A stretch of 64,000 nucleotides of DNA from positions 19,626 to 83,625 of the forward strand of contig JAYSQO010000001.1 in the NCBI GenBank assembly GCA_043721535.1, in the 5' to 3' direction. This DNA is from Bdellovibrio sp. Lineage in GTDB: Bacteria; Bdellovibrionota; Bdellovibrionia; Bdellovibrionales; Bdellovibrionaceae. Below are positions 39,112 to 49,475 of this stretch, piece by piece (positions within the stretch are counted from its first letter, which is position 1; each line of letters opens with the position of its first letter). The notes beneath the pieces are model-generated. The model saw nothing but the letters and a program-made list of their open reading frames with translations, did no database searches and was not told where the DNA came from. The position numbers and the translations under genes are program-made.

Positions 39112-41954
39112 AGACTATCCACATCTGGGGTATTAAACAAAATAATTTAAAAAATATTGAAGTTGAAATCCCTCTTGGAGAGCTCACAGTTATTTGCGGT
39201 CCTTCTGGTTCAGGAAAAAGTTCTTTAGCCTTTGAAACTTTATTTGCTGAAGGACAACGGCGCTTTATCGAAAGTATGTCGAATTACGCTAGACAATTTT
39301 TAAATAAAGCACCAAAGCCTGACATCGAAGGCATTAATAATATCCCGCCAGCTATTTCTATCGAACAAAAAAATACTGTTAAATCAAGTCGGTCGACTGT
39401 GGGAACAACCACAGAATTGATTGATTACTTAAGACTGCTGTTTGAAAAAATTGGAACATCATACTGCCCCGATCATTTAATTCCAGCAACAAAGCTATCG
39501 ACTACACAGGCTTCAGATTTAGTTGTCGATAAATTTCTAGATCAACGCGGATACATCTTAGTCGAAATTTCTAAAGAAAATAGATTGCTTGAAGGTAAAA
39601 AATTACATTCTTTACTGCTACAAGATGGCTATTTAAGAATTACGACTTTGAAAGAAAAAAAAGCCAAAAAAAAATCAGATGCTCCGTCGTATGAAATTCA
39701 AGACATCATTGATATTAGCCAGCCTGCAAACATTAAAAAAGGTCTGCCAGCTGATACATTTTATTTAGTGATTGATCGCTTACAGTTTTCTAAAGAAGAA
39801 AAAGATCGCTTAACAGATTCAATCACACAGGCTTACAACGTCAGTCTTAAATATCTTTTTGGACTAACTAGCCGCAAAGCCTTAGTGATTACAACTGATG
39901 GTCAGCAACTAAAATTATCTGAAGAGCCCTCATGTTCAATCTGCGGTTATAACCCGCCGTCTGTGACATCTAAATTATTTTCGTTTAATTCACCAATGGG
40001 CGCCTGCCCGACTTGCAAAGGTTTTGGAAATATTTTAGAACTTGATGAAGCTAAAGTTATTCCTAATCCGTTGCTGTCGATTGCCGAAGGCGCATTAAAC
40101 CCGTTTACAATGCCTTCAGCTGAATCTGATAAAAAATCACTTTTTGCTTTTTGTAAAAAAAATAAAATTGATCTTAAAAAACCATGGAAAGATCTTAGCC
40201 AAGCCCATAAGGATTTAGTCTGGAAAGGTAATAAAGATTTTTACGGGGTCGTTGGACTATTTGAATACTTAGATCAAATTAAGTATAAAATGCATGTGCG
40301 CGTTTTTATTTCTAGATACCGTTCAGGACGAAAATGCCCTGACTGCGAAGGCAGCCGGCTTAGAAAAGAAGCTCATTATGTTCTGGTGCTTGATAAATCA
40401 ATAAAAGATCTTAGTCGATTAACAATTGAAGATTTAGCAACTTTTTTTGAAAAAATTAATCTGTCTAAAAATCAAATCGAAATCGCCGGTGAAGTTTTAA
40501 AACAATTGCGCGCACGCTTAAATTTCTTAATGCGTGTCGGGGTTAACTACTTAACTATTGATCGTGAAACAAAAACACTTTCTGGCGGAGAATACCAGCG
40601 ACTGATGTTAGCCAATCAATTAGGTATGGGTTTATCACAAGCTTTATACGTTTTAGATGAACCCACTGTAGGGCTTCATCCACGTGATAATGATCGTTTG
40701 ATTTCTATTCTGAAAGATCTCAAAGATTTAGGTAATACTTTAGTGATCGTTGAACATGATCATGACGTGATTAAAAATGCCCAGAATATTATAGAAATGG
40801 GTCCCGGGTCTGGATATCTCGGTGGAGAAGTCGTTTTTTCAGGTAAAACTGAAGATTTTTTAAAATCGACTAAATCAAATACGGCTAGTTATTTAAAATT
40901 AAAAAAAGAAAATTTTATCGAGCGCGATTTACGTCCTGTACAAATTAGTAATTATAAATACAAATTAGAACTGACTGAGTGTTCAGGCCACAATCTGAAA
41001 AACGTTGATCTTTCAATACCGCTTCATCGTTTAGTTGCCATCACCGGCGTCAGTGGATCTGGAAAATCGACTTTAATTAGTAAAACATTATACCCAGCTT
41101 TAGCCCGTGAACTGGAATTAGAATTTATTCCTGCGCAGCCTTATAAAAAAATATACGGTACTGACGCAATTAAGAATGTACTTTTGATTGACCAATCGGC
41201 TATCGGTAAATCTGCACGCAGTTCGCCAATTACATATTTAAAAGCTTTTGATGGAATCAGATCATTAATGGCGGCTACACCCGAAGCTGTTCAGCGTGGT
41301 TACACTGCGGGGACTTTCAGTTTAAATGTTGACGGTGGCCGGTGCCCAGCCTGTCGTGGTACAGGCTATGAAGAAATTGACATGCAATTTATGGATAATG
41401 TGATTATCCCGTGTGATGTTTGTGACAGTAAAAAATACCGCAGTGAAATCTTAGAAATTTATTATAACAAAAAAAATATTCATCAGATTTTATCAATGAC
41501 TGTGGCCGAAGCCATGAATTTCTTTGTGGCGAATCCTCCGATCAGAAAGCCTTTATCTGTTTTAAAGGAAGTGGGACTTGATTATTTAACTTTGGGTCAG
41601 CCCGCCAATTCATTAAGCGGTGGAGAATCCCAACGGCTAAAAATTGCCAAAGAATTTTCTCAAGTTTCACAGAAATCGACCTTATACATTTTAGATGAGC
41701 CCACAACGGGCCTGCATTTTAAAGAAGTTGAGTTATTAATGAAGGTTCTACACAAGCTGATTGAAGCTGGCGGATCAGTGATCGTTGTAGAACACAACCT
41801 TGATGTTATCCGCAGCGCTGATTATATTATTGATATGGGGCCTGATGCAGGTAAAAATGGTGGTCAGATCGTGGCTGAAGGTACTCCAAAAGACATTATG
41901 GCCAGCAAAAAAAGTTTAACTGGACAATACCTTAACCGCTATCTCAAAAAATAA
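39108..41954 (+). CDS. uvrA: Excinuclease ABC subunit UvrA (possibly a paralogue)
   Basis: Two ABC ATPase domains (GPSGSGKSS, LSGGE; GVSGSGKST, LSGGE) and zinc fingers (first is CPDH). Confidence 0.93.
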   Translation: MKTIHIWGIKQNNLKNIEVEIPLGELTVICGPSGSGKSSLAFETLFAEGQRRFIESMSNYARQFLNKAPKPDIEGINNIPPAISIEQKNTVKSSRSTVGTTTELIDYLRLLFEKIGTSYCPDHLIPATKLSTTQASDLVVDKFLDQRGYILVEISKENRLLEGKKLHSLLLQDGYLRITTLKEKKAKKKSDAPSYEIQDIIDISQPANIKKGLPADTFYLVIDRLQFSKEEKDRLTDSITQAYNVSLKYLFGLTSRKALVITTDGQQLKLSEEPSCSICGYNPPSVTSKLFSFNSPMGACPTCKGFGNILELDEAKVIPNPLLSIAEGALNPFTMPSAESDKKSLFAFCKKNKIDLKKPWKDLSQAHKDLVWKGNKDFYGVVGLFEYLDQIKYKMHVRVFISRYRSGRKCPDCEGSRLRKEAHYVLVLDKSIKDLSRLTIEDLATFFEKINLSKNQIEIAGEVLKQLRARLNFLMRVGVNYLTIDRETKTLSGGEYQRLMLANQLGMGLSQALYVLDEPTVGLHPRDNDRLISILKDLKDLGNTLVIVEHDHDVIKNAQNIIEMGPGSGYLGGEVVFSGKTEDFLKSTKSNTASYLKLKKENFIERDLRPVQISNYKYKLELTECSGHNLKNVDLSIPLHRLVAITGVSGSGKSTLISKTLYPALARELELEFIPAQPYKKIYGTDAIKNVLLIDQSAIGKSARSSPITYLKAFDGIRSLMAATPEAVQRGYTAGTFSLNVDGGRCPACRGTGYEEIDMQFMDNVIIPCDVCDSKKYRSEILEIYYNKKNIHQILSMTVAEAMNFFVANPPIRKPLSVLKEVGLDYLTLGQPANSLSGGESQRLKIAKEFSQVSQKSTLYILDEPTTGLHFKEVELLMKVLHKLIEAGGSVIVVEHNLDVIRSADYIIDMGPDAGKNGGQIVAEGTPKDIMASKKSLTGQYLNRYLKK

Positions 41955-41968
41955 TTAGCAGGGCAATC

Positions 41969-43684
41969 ATGAATAATGACTTAAAATTTGTGTGGACGAA
42001 GTTAACTCAGTATAAAAAATATCTTATTATCATCGGATTTTCAGGCTTAATCTATTCAGCATCTAAGGCTTTAATAGCCCACTTTGTTAAACAATTAATG
42101 GACACTGCCACCGTACCTGAAAACATGAAAACGTTAGCTTTTGTCGGCATCGGTATCGCGTTTATGATTTCAATATCTAGATATTTTCATATTTTTTTAA
42201 TGAATATGGTCAGCGAAAAAGTAACCCAAGATGTCAGACAAGATCTACAAGATAAGTTTCTAAAATTAAATCTTAAATTTCATAATAATTATGCTTCAGG
42301 ATCTGGTGGCTTATTAAGTCGTACGTTTAATGATGTTCGTATTTTACAAGACGGTTTGAGATTGTTCGCTGATGTCTTCACAGCGCCATTGATGTTTATA
42401 GCTGTTTTATTCAATTTATTTTATTTCGACACTAAGCTAGCTTTTGCAATTTTATTAATTACACCTTTAATTTTATTTGTTTTAAAACAACTGTCTAAAT
42501 CAATTAAAAAATATTCTGTGAATGGTATTGAACAGCTTGAAAGATTAACTTCAACAATCAAAGAATCCTTAGACGGTGTTCGCACGATTCAGGCTTTTAA
42601 TTTAGAACGATTTTTTAAAAATAAATTAAAAAACCAAGGTGATGAATTTATTAGTATTCGCAAAAAAGTTCATAAACGTGTAGAAATGATTGGCCCCGTC
42701 AATGAATTCGTGGCTACTGTTATTTTGGTCGCCATTTTTTATTATTTTTCTTTAAGCATTTCTAAAGGTGAATCTACTTACGGAATCTTAATGGCTTATT
42801 TAACAACGATTATGCAAGCTAATGAGCCTATCAAGAAGTTTCAAGAAGCCATCGTGCGCATTCAAGAAAGTCGTGTCTGTGCCGACCGTATTCAAAGAAT
42901 GCTAACTGAAGACAGCGAAATACAAGACAGCCCTGATGCAGTGGCCTTTCCTAAAACATGGGATTCAATCACTTATAAAGACGTTTCTTTTTCATATAAT
43001 AATGAAACCTTTATTAAAAACTTCAATCTGACCATCAAAAAAGGTCAGACGATTGCTTTAGTAGGTGAAAGTGGCAGTGGTAAAACAACGATCGCTAATT
43101 TACTGGCCCGTTTTTATGATCTTTCTACTGGGCAAATTAATGTAGGTTCTGTGCCTCTTCAACAAATCAGGCTGCATGATCTTAGAAAAAATATTGGACT
43201 TGTTTCGCAGGATGTTTTTTTATTTTCTGATACATTATCAGCGAATATTTCAGCAGGACTTACAAAAACAACAAATGATCAGATTATCTCTACATCAAAA
43301 GCTGCTCACGCTTACACTTTCATTCAAAAGATGGAGCATCAGTTTGACACAGCTGTTGGTGAACGTGGCAACAACTTATCTGGCGGAGAAAAGCAAAGAA
43401 TCGCTATTGCCAGAGCTCTCTATAAAGATGCGCCGATTCTGATTCTAGATGAAGCCACCAGTGCCTTGGATTCTGTCAGTGAACAACTTGTACAGTCTGG
43501 GCTTGATGAGTTAATGAAGGGCCGCACAACAGTTGTCATTGCCCACCGACTATCGACGATACAAAAAGCTGATACAATCCTAGTTATGAAAAATGGATCA
43601 GTTGTTGAACAGGGTCGGCACGCTGAATTGATCCAAAAAAACAGCGAATATGCCAAACTCTACCACACACAAAACTTAAGTTAG
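41969..43684 (+). CDS. MsbA-like ABC transporter (TMD+NBD fusion)
   Basis: Six-TM ABC membrane domain, GESGSGKT, LSGGEKQRIAIAR, ILDEATSALD. Confidence 0.92.
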   Translation: MNNDLKFVWTKLTQYKKYLIIIGFSGLIYSASKALIAHFVKQLMDTATVPENMKTLAFVGIGIAFMISISRYFHIFLMNMVSEKVTQDVRQDLQDKFLKLNLKFHNNYASGSGGLLSRTFNDVRILQDGLRLFADVFTAPLMFIAVLFNLFYFDTKLAFAILLITPLILFVLKQLSKSIKKYSVNGIEQLERLTSTIKESLDGVRTIQAFNLERFFKNKLKNQGDEFISIRKKVHKRVEMIGPVNEFVATVILVAIFYYFSLSISKGESTYGILMAYLTTIMQANEPIKKFQEAIVRIQESRVCADRIQRMLTEDSEIQDSPDAVAFPKTWDSITYKDVSFSYNNETFIKNFNLTIKKGQTIALVGESGSGKTTIANLLARFYDLSTGQINVGSVPLQQIRLHDLRKNIGLVSQDVFLFSDTLSANISAGLTKTTNDQIISTSKAAHAYTFIQKMEHQFDTAVGERGNNLSGGEKQRIAIARALYKDAPILILDEATSALDSVSEQLVQSGLDELMKGRTTVVIAHRLSTIQKADTILVMKNGSVVEQGRHAELIQKNSEYAKLYHTQNLS

Positions 43685-43787
43685 ATCTAACCTGATCAAA
43701 TGGTTTCTCATTCGAGGATTTCTATCAGACCTAGACCAAAGTCTTAGGACCAGTGTCAAATTTATGCTCAAAAAATATTAAAGCCCT

Positions 43788-43814
43788 TAAGTCTGTCTAC
43801 AAAGTTGACGATAA
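43788..43814 (+). promoter_or_regulatory. Sigma28 (FliA)-type promoter
   Basis: TAAG-N15-GACGATAA versus the consensus TAAA-N15-GCCGATAA, 34 nt upstream of the ATG. Confidence 0.6.
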
Positions 43815-43848
43815 AGTTTTGTACATAAAAGACTAAAAGAGGTGTCAC

Positions 43849-45405
43849 ATGATTAATTGGAATGATTTCGAACACATTCATGTTATTAAAAAACTTAAAC
43901 ACGTTCTACAAGCTTGGTGGAATGTTGACATTATTTTTACTGATGAACGCGGTCAACTTAAAGGCCTTGATGAAAAAGTTCTTTTCGCTAATCCGGCAGT
44001 TAACTATTTATTAAATAAAGAAGTGACTCAGTCGAACTTAGGCGATTTAGTTTCAAAAACAATTCATGACCTACGCCAATCAAATAACCCATATACATTT
44101 AAAAAATGGGATGCGGCAGGTTTTGATGTGTGTATCTTCCCGATTATTATTGAAAATGATTTTGTGGGTACAGTTATCGCAATGGGTTTTTTCAAAGAAG
44201 AAAACACAGCCCACCGTATAGCTGAAATCAGAGAACGCTTAGCGGCTTATGGCTGCAGTGCTGAACTGATTGAAAAATCATTAGGTAAGTTCAAATACCT
44301 TGATGAAGCGAACAGACAGCATTTTACTGAACTGGTTGAATTAGTCGCGCAAGAAGTTGTGACTTTACATGTTGAAATTGCAAGTCGTGAAACTAAAATT
44401 AGTGAACTTAATAAAGAACTAGGCAATCGTTTTAAATATGACAACATGATTGGTAAATCTAAACCAATGCAGTCATTGTATGCCCTACTTGATAAAATTA
44501 AATTCGCTGATTCGACAGTGATGGTCCAAGGGGAAAATGGTACAGGTAAAGAATTGATTGCAAAATCAATCCATTACAATTCACATCGTAAAGATAAAAA
44601 CTTTGTGATTCAGAACTGTTCTGCATTTAATGATAACTTACTTGAATCAGAATTGTTCGGTCACGTTAAAGGGTCTTTCACAGGCGCTTTAAAGGACAAA
44701 AAAGGTTTATTTGAAATTGCTGACAAAGGAACTTTTTTCCTGGATGAGATCGGTGATACATCACCGCAAATGCAGGTTAAATTACTTCGTGTATTGCAAG
44801 AAGGAACTTTTACACCGGTTGGTTCTACTGAAATGCGCAAAGTTGATGTACGAATCGTTGCCGCTACAAATAGAAATTTACGTGAAATGGTCGAGCACGG
44901 TACATTCCGTGAAGATTTGTATTATCGTTTAAACGTTATTAATATTCGTGTTCCGCCTTTACGTGAAAGAAAAGAAGACATTCCTGTACTGGTTGATTTC
45001 TTTTTGAATAAAATTGCTGAACAATCTGCTAAACCTAAAAAACAATTAATGGGTCGTGCGATTGAAAAATTATATGATTATGCTTGGCCAGGTAATGTTC
45101 GTGAATTACAAAATGAAATCGAACGTCTTTGTGTTTTAGCTGGTGATGAAAATAAAGTTGGTCATGAAATTTTGTCTCCTAAAATTTTAGAATTAGGCGA
45201 AAAAGCGAAAACACAAGGTTCAAGATTACATGGTAAATTAAAAGATGCTCTTGAAGACCTTGAACGCGAAATGATCAAAGAGGGCCTGCGCCGCACGGGT
45301 TGGAATAAGTCTAAATTGGCTAAAGAATTAGGAATCAGTCGTGCTGGTTTAATCATGAAGGTTGAAAAATACGGACTTGATAAACGTAAGCTTGCAAGAG
45401 CTTAG
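43849..45405 (+). CDS. Sigma54-dependent enhancer-binding protein with an N-terminal PocR-like sensor domain
   Basis: GENGTGKE, ESELFGHVKGSFTGA (GSFTGA variant of GAFTGA), FLDEIG, FREDLYYRLNV, WPGNVREL and a Fis HTH; no receiver domain. Confidence 0.92.
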   Translation: MINWNDFEHIHVIKKLKHVLQAWWNVDIIFTDERGQLKGLDEKVLFANPAVNYLLNKEVTQSNLGDLVSKTIHDLRQSNNPYTFKKWDAAGFDVCIFPIIIENDFVGTVIAMGFFKEENTAHRIAEIRERLAAYGCSAELIEKSLGKFKYLDEANRQHFTELVELVAQEVVTLHVEIASRETKISELNKELGNRFKYDNMIGKSKPMQSLYALLDKIKFADSTVMVQGENGTGKELIAKSIHYNSHRKDKNFVIQNCSAFNDNLLESELFGHVKGSFTGALKDKKGLFEIADKGTFFLDEIGDTSPQMQVKLLRVLQEGTFTPVGSTEMRKVDVRIVAATNRNLREMVEHGTFREDLYYRLNVINIRVPPLRERKEDIPVLVDFFLNKIAEQSAKPKKQLMGRAIEKLYDYAWPGNVRELQNEIERLCVLAGDENKVGHEILSPKILELGEKAKTQGSRLHGKLKDALEDLEREMIKEGLRRTGWNKSKLAKELGISRAGLIMKVEKYGLDKRKLARA

Positions 45406-45458
45406 TGGCCAGCTAACTATTCGACAGTCTTGAAAAAATTTTCAAAATAACAGATTTT

Positions 45459-45493
45459 AAAAAACCTCAAATAAACCTATTTGAGGTTTTTTT
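45459..45493. terminator. Rho-independent terminator
   Basis: AAAAAACCTCAAATA-AACC-TATTTGAGGTTTTTTT. Confidence 0.88.
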
Positions 45494-45613
45494 CGTTAAG
45501 TCTGTTGACATATCCTTTTTATAATTCGTTATTATCTAGTGATTTCAACATCTTATAGCATCATTTTTAATGGTCATTTCGGCCCTGCATTTGGGTCTAA
45601 AAACGACATTCTT

Positions 45614-45628
45614 CGGCACAAGTATTGT
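45614..45628 (+). promoter_or_regulatory. Possible sigma54 promoter
   Basis: CGGCACAAGTATTGT has GGCAC-N5-TTG with -12 GT instead of GC, upstream of the ORF at 45696. Confidence 0.4.
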
Positions 45629-45695
45629 ATTAATTCCTAGTAGGGATCAAGCAGGCTGCACAGTTTAACTGTCAGTCAGAAGTCATGGGGAACGT

Positions 45696-46502
45696 ATGAA
45701 AAGTGTTACGGAAAATGTTGTTTGGGAAAAAACTGAAGCTTTAATTCAGGAAAAATACGGCAAACAAATTAAATTCAGATCTCTGAATTTATTCAATGCT
45801 CAGACATCACCTTATTCAAAGGGTGATGATTTGATTATTCCGCTGAACACAAAGTCAGTTCATTTAGGTGAAGTCATTATTGATCGTGGATCATTATTAT
45901 CGCCAGATCAAAAAAATGAAGTCACTGATCTAGTTCATTTCTTAGTAGAGCCTCATGTGTACAATACTCATCTTAAATTTAAACAGATGAATACTTCTAT
46001 TGTGCCTGAATCAGATTCCTATGAAAACTTATCGATTCCTTTTTTAAAAATTATTACTAATGAAGAAGAATCTGAAAAGCCGAAATTGGTTTCTCATATT
46101 ATTCATTTAAGATCAGTATCTATGTTGCAAAGAAAAAATGTGGCTTTAAAAATTCATGATATCGCAGAGAATAATCTATTTGTAGATTTGACTGAGATTT
46201 CATCACAGCTAACTACAGCTAGTGATTTTAAACCGTTCTCTGACACAACAATTTTTGTAAATGATATTAAATCTTTAAATCGTCGTGAATTGCAGTTGTT
46301 GGCTGATGGCGTAAAATCAAACTCATCTAAAGTCCTTTTTATTGTGGGTTCGCAGCTGCAAGAAAGTGAATTAGCAGAGCTAGAACTTGATGAAAGTTTG
46401 AAAAACGATCTATTAGCAATTCTATTTGATATCGACCGCGTACCTCTGAAGCAGCAGACGAATACTGATGTTCTAGAATTGTTGTTTTTCAATCTTGAAT
46501 AA
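45696..46502 (+). CDS. Hypothetical protein resembling a degenerate sigma54-activator AAA domain
   Basis: The order IIHL…KNVALKIH / TTIFVNDIKSL / LFIVGS mirrors the bEBP Walker A, Walker B and sensor I strands, without GKT or DE. Confidence 0.6.
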   Translation: MKSVTENVVWEKTEALIQEKYGKQIKFRSLNLFNAQTSPYSKGDDLIIPLNTKSVHLGEVIIDRGSLLSPDQKNEVTDLVHFLVEPHVYNTHLKFKQMNTSIVPESDSYENLSIPFLKIITNEEESEKPKLVSHIIHLRSVSMLQRKNVALKIHDIAENNLFVDLTEISSQLTTASDFKPFSDTTIFVNDIKSLNRRELQLLADGVKSNSSKVLFIVGSQLQESELAELELDESLKNDLLAILFDIDRVPLKQQTNTDVLELLFFNLE

Positions 46503-46529
46503 CAATTAATTACATGACACCATAATGTC

Positions 46530-47564
46530 ATGTCGGTTGCTTTAGATAATAAAACTCATGCTTTTTTAGATCAGTACTTTAAAAATGATCAAATTAAGAT
46601 TCATCAACTTGCTGGTGATGCTTCGGCCAGAAAGTATTACCGCATTATTCATAATCAAGACACTTATGTTCTCATGTCGTGGCTGCCTTTTGATGCAGAA
46701 AAATATCCGTTTATTGATGTTCTACGACATTTTGAGCTAGCTAATGTGCATGTACCTAAGATTAAAAAAATTGGCGCTGAACAAGGATTAATTCTTCTTG
46801 AAGATCTTGGTGATTTAACTTTAGAAAGAAAATTCTGGGAATCATCACAACAAGAACTGTCATGGCATTTCTATAAAAAATCATTAGACGAAATTATAAA
46901 AATCCATACTCAGGCCACACAACTTAAGCAAAAGACAATTGCTAAAGATATCATGTTTGATACGGCAAAGTTTATGTGGGAAATGAATTATGCAAAAGAG
47001 CATCTGATCCAAGGTGTATTAAAATTTGATTTAAAATCAAAAACACTAAAAGAATTGTCAACCCAGTTGGATAAAGCCCTATTAGATATTTGTGAAAAAC
47101 TTCATTCAGAACCCAAAGTTATTTGCCATCGTGATTATCATTCAAGAAACTTAATGATCAAATTAGATAATATTTATGTCATTGATTTTCAAGATGCCAG
47201 GCTTGGACCGATTCAATATGATTTAGTTAGTTTAATTAAAGATTCTTATGTTGATATTAATGATCAGTATGCCGAAAAAATGATTAATTACTATTTAGAT
47301 AATACTGATTTTCTAAGATTACATAATAAAACTAAAGATCAGTTTTATTATATTTATGAAATTCAATCAATTCAAAGATGCTTTAAAGCTTGTGGTAGTT
47401 TTTCTAGTTTTATGAACACACGCGAAGATCGCAGATACCTAAAATATTTAGCACCAACGCTTAAAAAAGTCATGCGTTCGCTGACGCACTTCCCTGAATA
47501 CAAGCCATTACTTAATGTGCTTATTGATTCTGCTGCATTTGAAAAAAACTATGAGCAGCTCTAA
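46530..47564 (+). CDS. amgK: MurNAc/GlcNAc anomeric kinase AmgK (APH fold)
   Basis: LAGDASARKYYR, LLEDLGD, CHRDYHSRNLM, IDFQDARLGP..YDLVSL; upstream of a nucleotidyltransferase. Confidence 0.85.
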   Translation: MSVALDNKTHAFLDQYFKNDQIKIHQLAGDASARKYYRIIHNQDTYVLMSWLPFDAEKYPFIDVLRHFELANVHVPKIKKIGAEQGLILLEDLGDLTLERKFWESSQQELSWHFYKKSLDEIIKIHTQATQLKQKTIAKDIMFDTAKFMWEMNYAKEHLIQGVLKFDLKSKTLKELSTQLDKALLDICEKLHSEPKVICHRDYHSRNLMIKLDNIYVIDFQDARLGPIQYDLVSLIKDSYVDINDQYAEKMINYYLDNTDFLRLHNKTKDQFYYIYEIQSIQRCFKACGSFSSFMNTREDRRYLKYLAPTLKKVMRSLTHFPEYKPLLNVLIDSAAFEKNYEQL

Positions 47565-48354
47565 TCAAGCCCAAGCTTTTATTTTTGCAGCAGGCTTAGG
47601 AACACGACTAAGACCCATGACTGAAAAACATCCAAAACCCACTATTCCGTTATTTAGCGTGCCGATGGGTTATTATATTCTTCCTTATTTTGATCAAGTT
47701 CAAATCACAAAATATATTGCGAACACATTTCACCTGCCCGATCAAATTCATCAGCTGTATATAAATACAAATAAAGAATTTTTATTTTCTGATGAAAAAG
47801 ATTTTATTAAAGGTAGCGCTGGTGGTTTAAAACAAGCTGAAAAAATGATTTTACAAAATATCCCAATTATTGTTGCTAATTCAGATGAAATATTTTTTAC
47901 TGAAGAATTTAACTTCTTGGATAAAGCCTTAAAGCAGCATATAGAAAAAAAATCGCTAGCGACATTAATAGTTATTGAACACCCTGAAGCAGGTCGAAAA
48001 TTCGGCGGTATTTGGTGCAAAGAAAAAAAAGTAAGTCATATTGGTAAAGATCCTGCGCAAAAAGATCTAAAGCCGTGGCATTATATTGGTTTACAAATTT
48101 TATCATCTGAAGTTTTAAAATTGATTGAGCCTCATAAAGAATTAAATATTTTTTATGATGTACTAATTCACCATCTGGATCAAAAAGATATTTCAATTTA
48201 TCCGATTACTGCAGATTGGTACGAAACAGGAAATTATACTGATTATCAATTAGCTAAAACTGAAATTTCTAAAAAATCAGACCAAGTCATATACAAAAAT
48301 CATTTTGATTTATTAAAAAAATATCCAAAATCAGACCTGAGTGATCTGGCCTAG
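47551..48354 (+). CDS. murU: MurNAc-1-phosphate uridylyltransferase MurU (start refined to MSSSNQA at 47551)
   Basis: AAGLGTRLRPMT..HPKP, GSAGGL, WYETG; coupled to amgK. Confidence 0.8.
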   Translation: MSSSNQAQAFIFAAGLGTRLRPMTEKHPKPTIPLFSVPMGYYILPYFDQVQITKYIANTFHLPDQIHQLYINTNKEFLFSDEKDFIKGSAGGLKQAEKMILQNIPIIVANSDEIFFTEEFNFLDKALKQHIEKKSLATLIVIEHPEAGRKFGGIWCKEKKVSHIGKDPAQKDLKPWHYIGLQILSSEVLKLIEPHKELNIFYDVLIHHLDQKDISIYPITADWYETGNYTDYQLAKTEISKKSDQVIYKNHFDLLKKYPKSDLSDLA

Positions 48355-49428
48355 TATAACCTGTTTTTTTGCGGATGTGGCAGCAATCACATTAGCAGGG
48401 ATTTTCCAGATACAGCACGCTGCTAACAGGGCAAATGCGGCCCCTTCGATGCTTTGGTTTGACCAATCATAGTCATCTACTGTAGAAATTTTAATGCTTT
48501 CTAGTTCGGCTTCGATTCTGCGGATTAAATATTTATTTTTTGCTCCGCCACCGCAGAAAATAATTTCTTTAGGTTGTGGATTACAAAACTGTAAATAAGC
48601 TTTTGTAATTGATTGAACTGTCAGTTCAGTTAATGTGGCAAGTCGGTCTTCCAGTGTTAGCACTTCAAGTTGTGATTTATATTGATTGTAAAATACTATC
48701 CCAAACTGTTCACGGCCACAGCTTTTTGGCGGAACTTGTTTAAAATATTTATGCTGTAACATTTCTGCTAATAATGAAACATTAACTTTTCCACGTGAAG
48801 CTAATTCACCTTCTTTATCATAACTTAATTTACTGTTTGATGAATTGCGCATTTCTTCATCCATCAACATATTGGCAGGGCCTGTATCAAAAGCTAATTT
48901 CAATTTCTTATTAGTAATTAAACTTAAATTACTGATGCCGCCTAAATTATGTAAGCTGACCGTTTTTTTATTCTGGCCAAAAATTATTTGATGAAAAAAT
49001 GGAGCTAGTGGCGCACCTTCGCCGCCAGCGGCAATATCAGCAGATCTGAAATTTGAAACAACGGTCTTTTTTGATTTTACAGCTAAATAACTAGGTTCAC
49101 CAATTTGCAGCGTAGCTGTTTTTCCTTGGTGAAACACTGTTTGACCGTGAAGACCGATCAAATCTATTTTCTTCAGTTGTGTTGGCAATTCAGAAAAGCA
49201 ATCTGCGTAAAATCGGCCCAGTTCGTGATTCAGCAATGCCAATTCAGAAACAATCATTTCGTTTTGCGCGGCCCGTAATAATTTTTTTCGTAAAATAATA
49301 GGAAAAGAAAATGAATGCTGGCCCATATATTTACAATGTAAGTTTTTTTTATGAATTTTAACTTTAACAAAATCAACACCGTCTAGACTGGTGCCGCTCA
49401 TGATACCTAAAACTTTTAATTCTGCCAT
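48331..49428 (-). CDS. anmK: Anhydro-N-acetylmuramic acid kinase
   Basis: GIMSGTSLDGVD, HGQTVFH, DIAAGGEGAPL, NLGGISN, FDTGPAN, KSCGRE; convergent 24-nt overlap with murU. Confidence 0.96.
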   Translation of the reverse strand: MAELKVLGIMSGTSLDGVDFVKVKIHKKNLHCKYMGQHSFSFPIILRKKLLRAAQNEMIVSELALLNHELGRFYADCFSELPTQLKKIDLIGLHGQTVFHQGKTATLQIGEPSYLAVKSKKTVVSNFRSADIAAGGEGAPLAPFFHQIIFGQNKKTVSLHNLGGISNLSLITNKKLKLAFDTGPANMLMDEEMRNSSNSKLSYDKEGELASRGKVNVSLLAEMLQHKYFKQVPPKSCGREQFGIVFYNQYKSQLEVLTLEDRLATLTELTVQSITKAYLQFCNPQPKEIIFCGGGAKNKYLIRRIEAELESIKISTVDDYDWSNQSIEGAAFALLAACCIWKIPANVIAATSAKKQVILGQITQV

Positions 49429-49475
49429 AAAATAATTATGGCAGAATTAAAAAACGATTCAATTTAATTTTTAGA

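Noticed and set aside
43704-43720. TTCTCATTCGAGGA as another TCTCA-N3-TGAGA site
   Set aside because: Half-site spacing and the right arm do not match the consensus.
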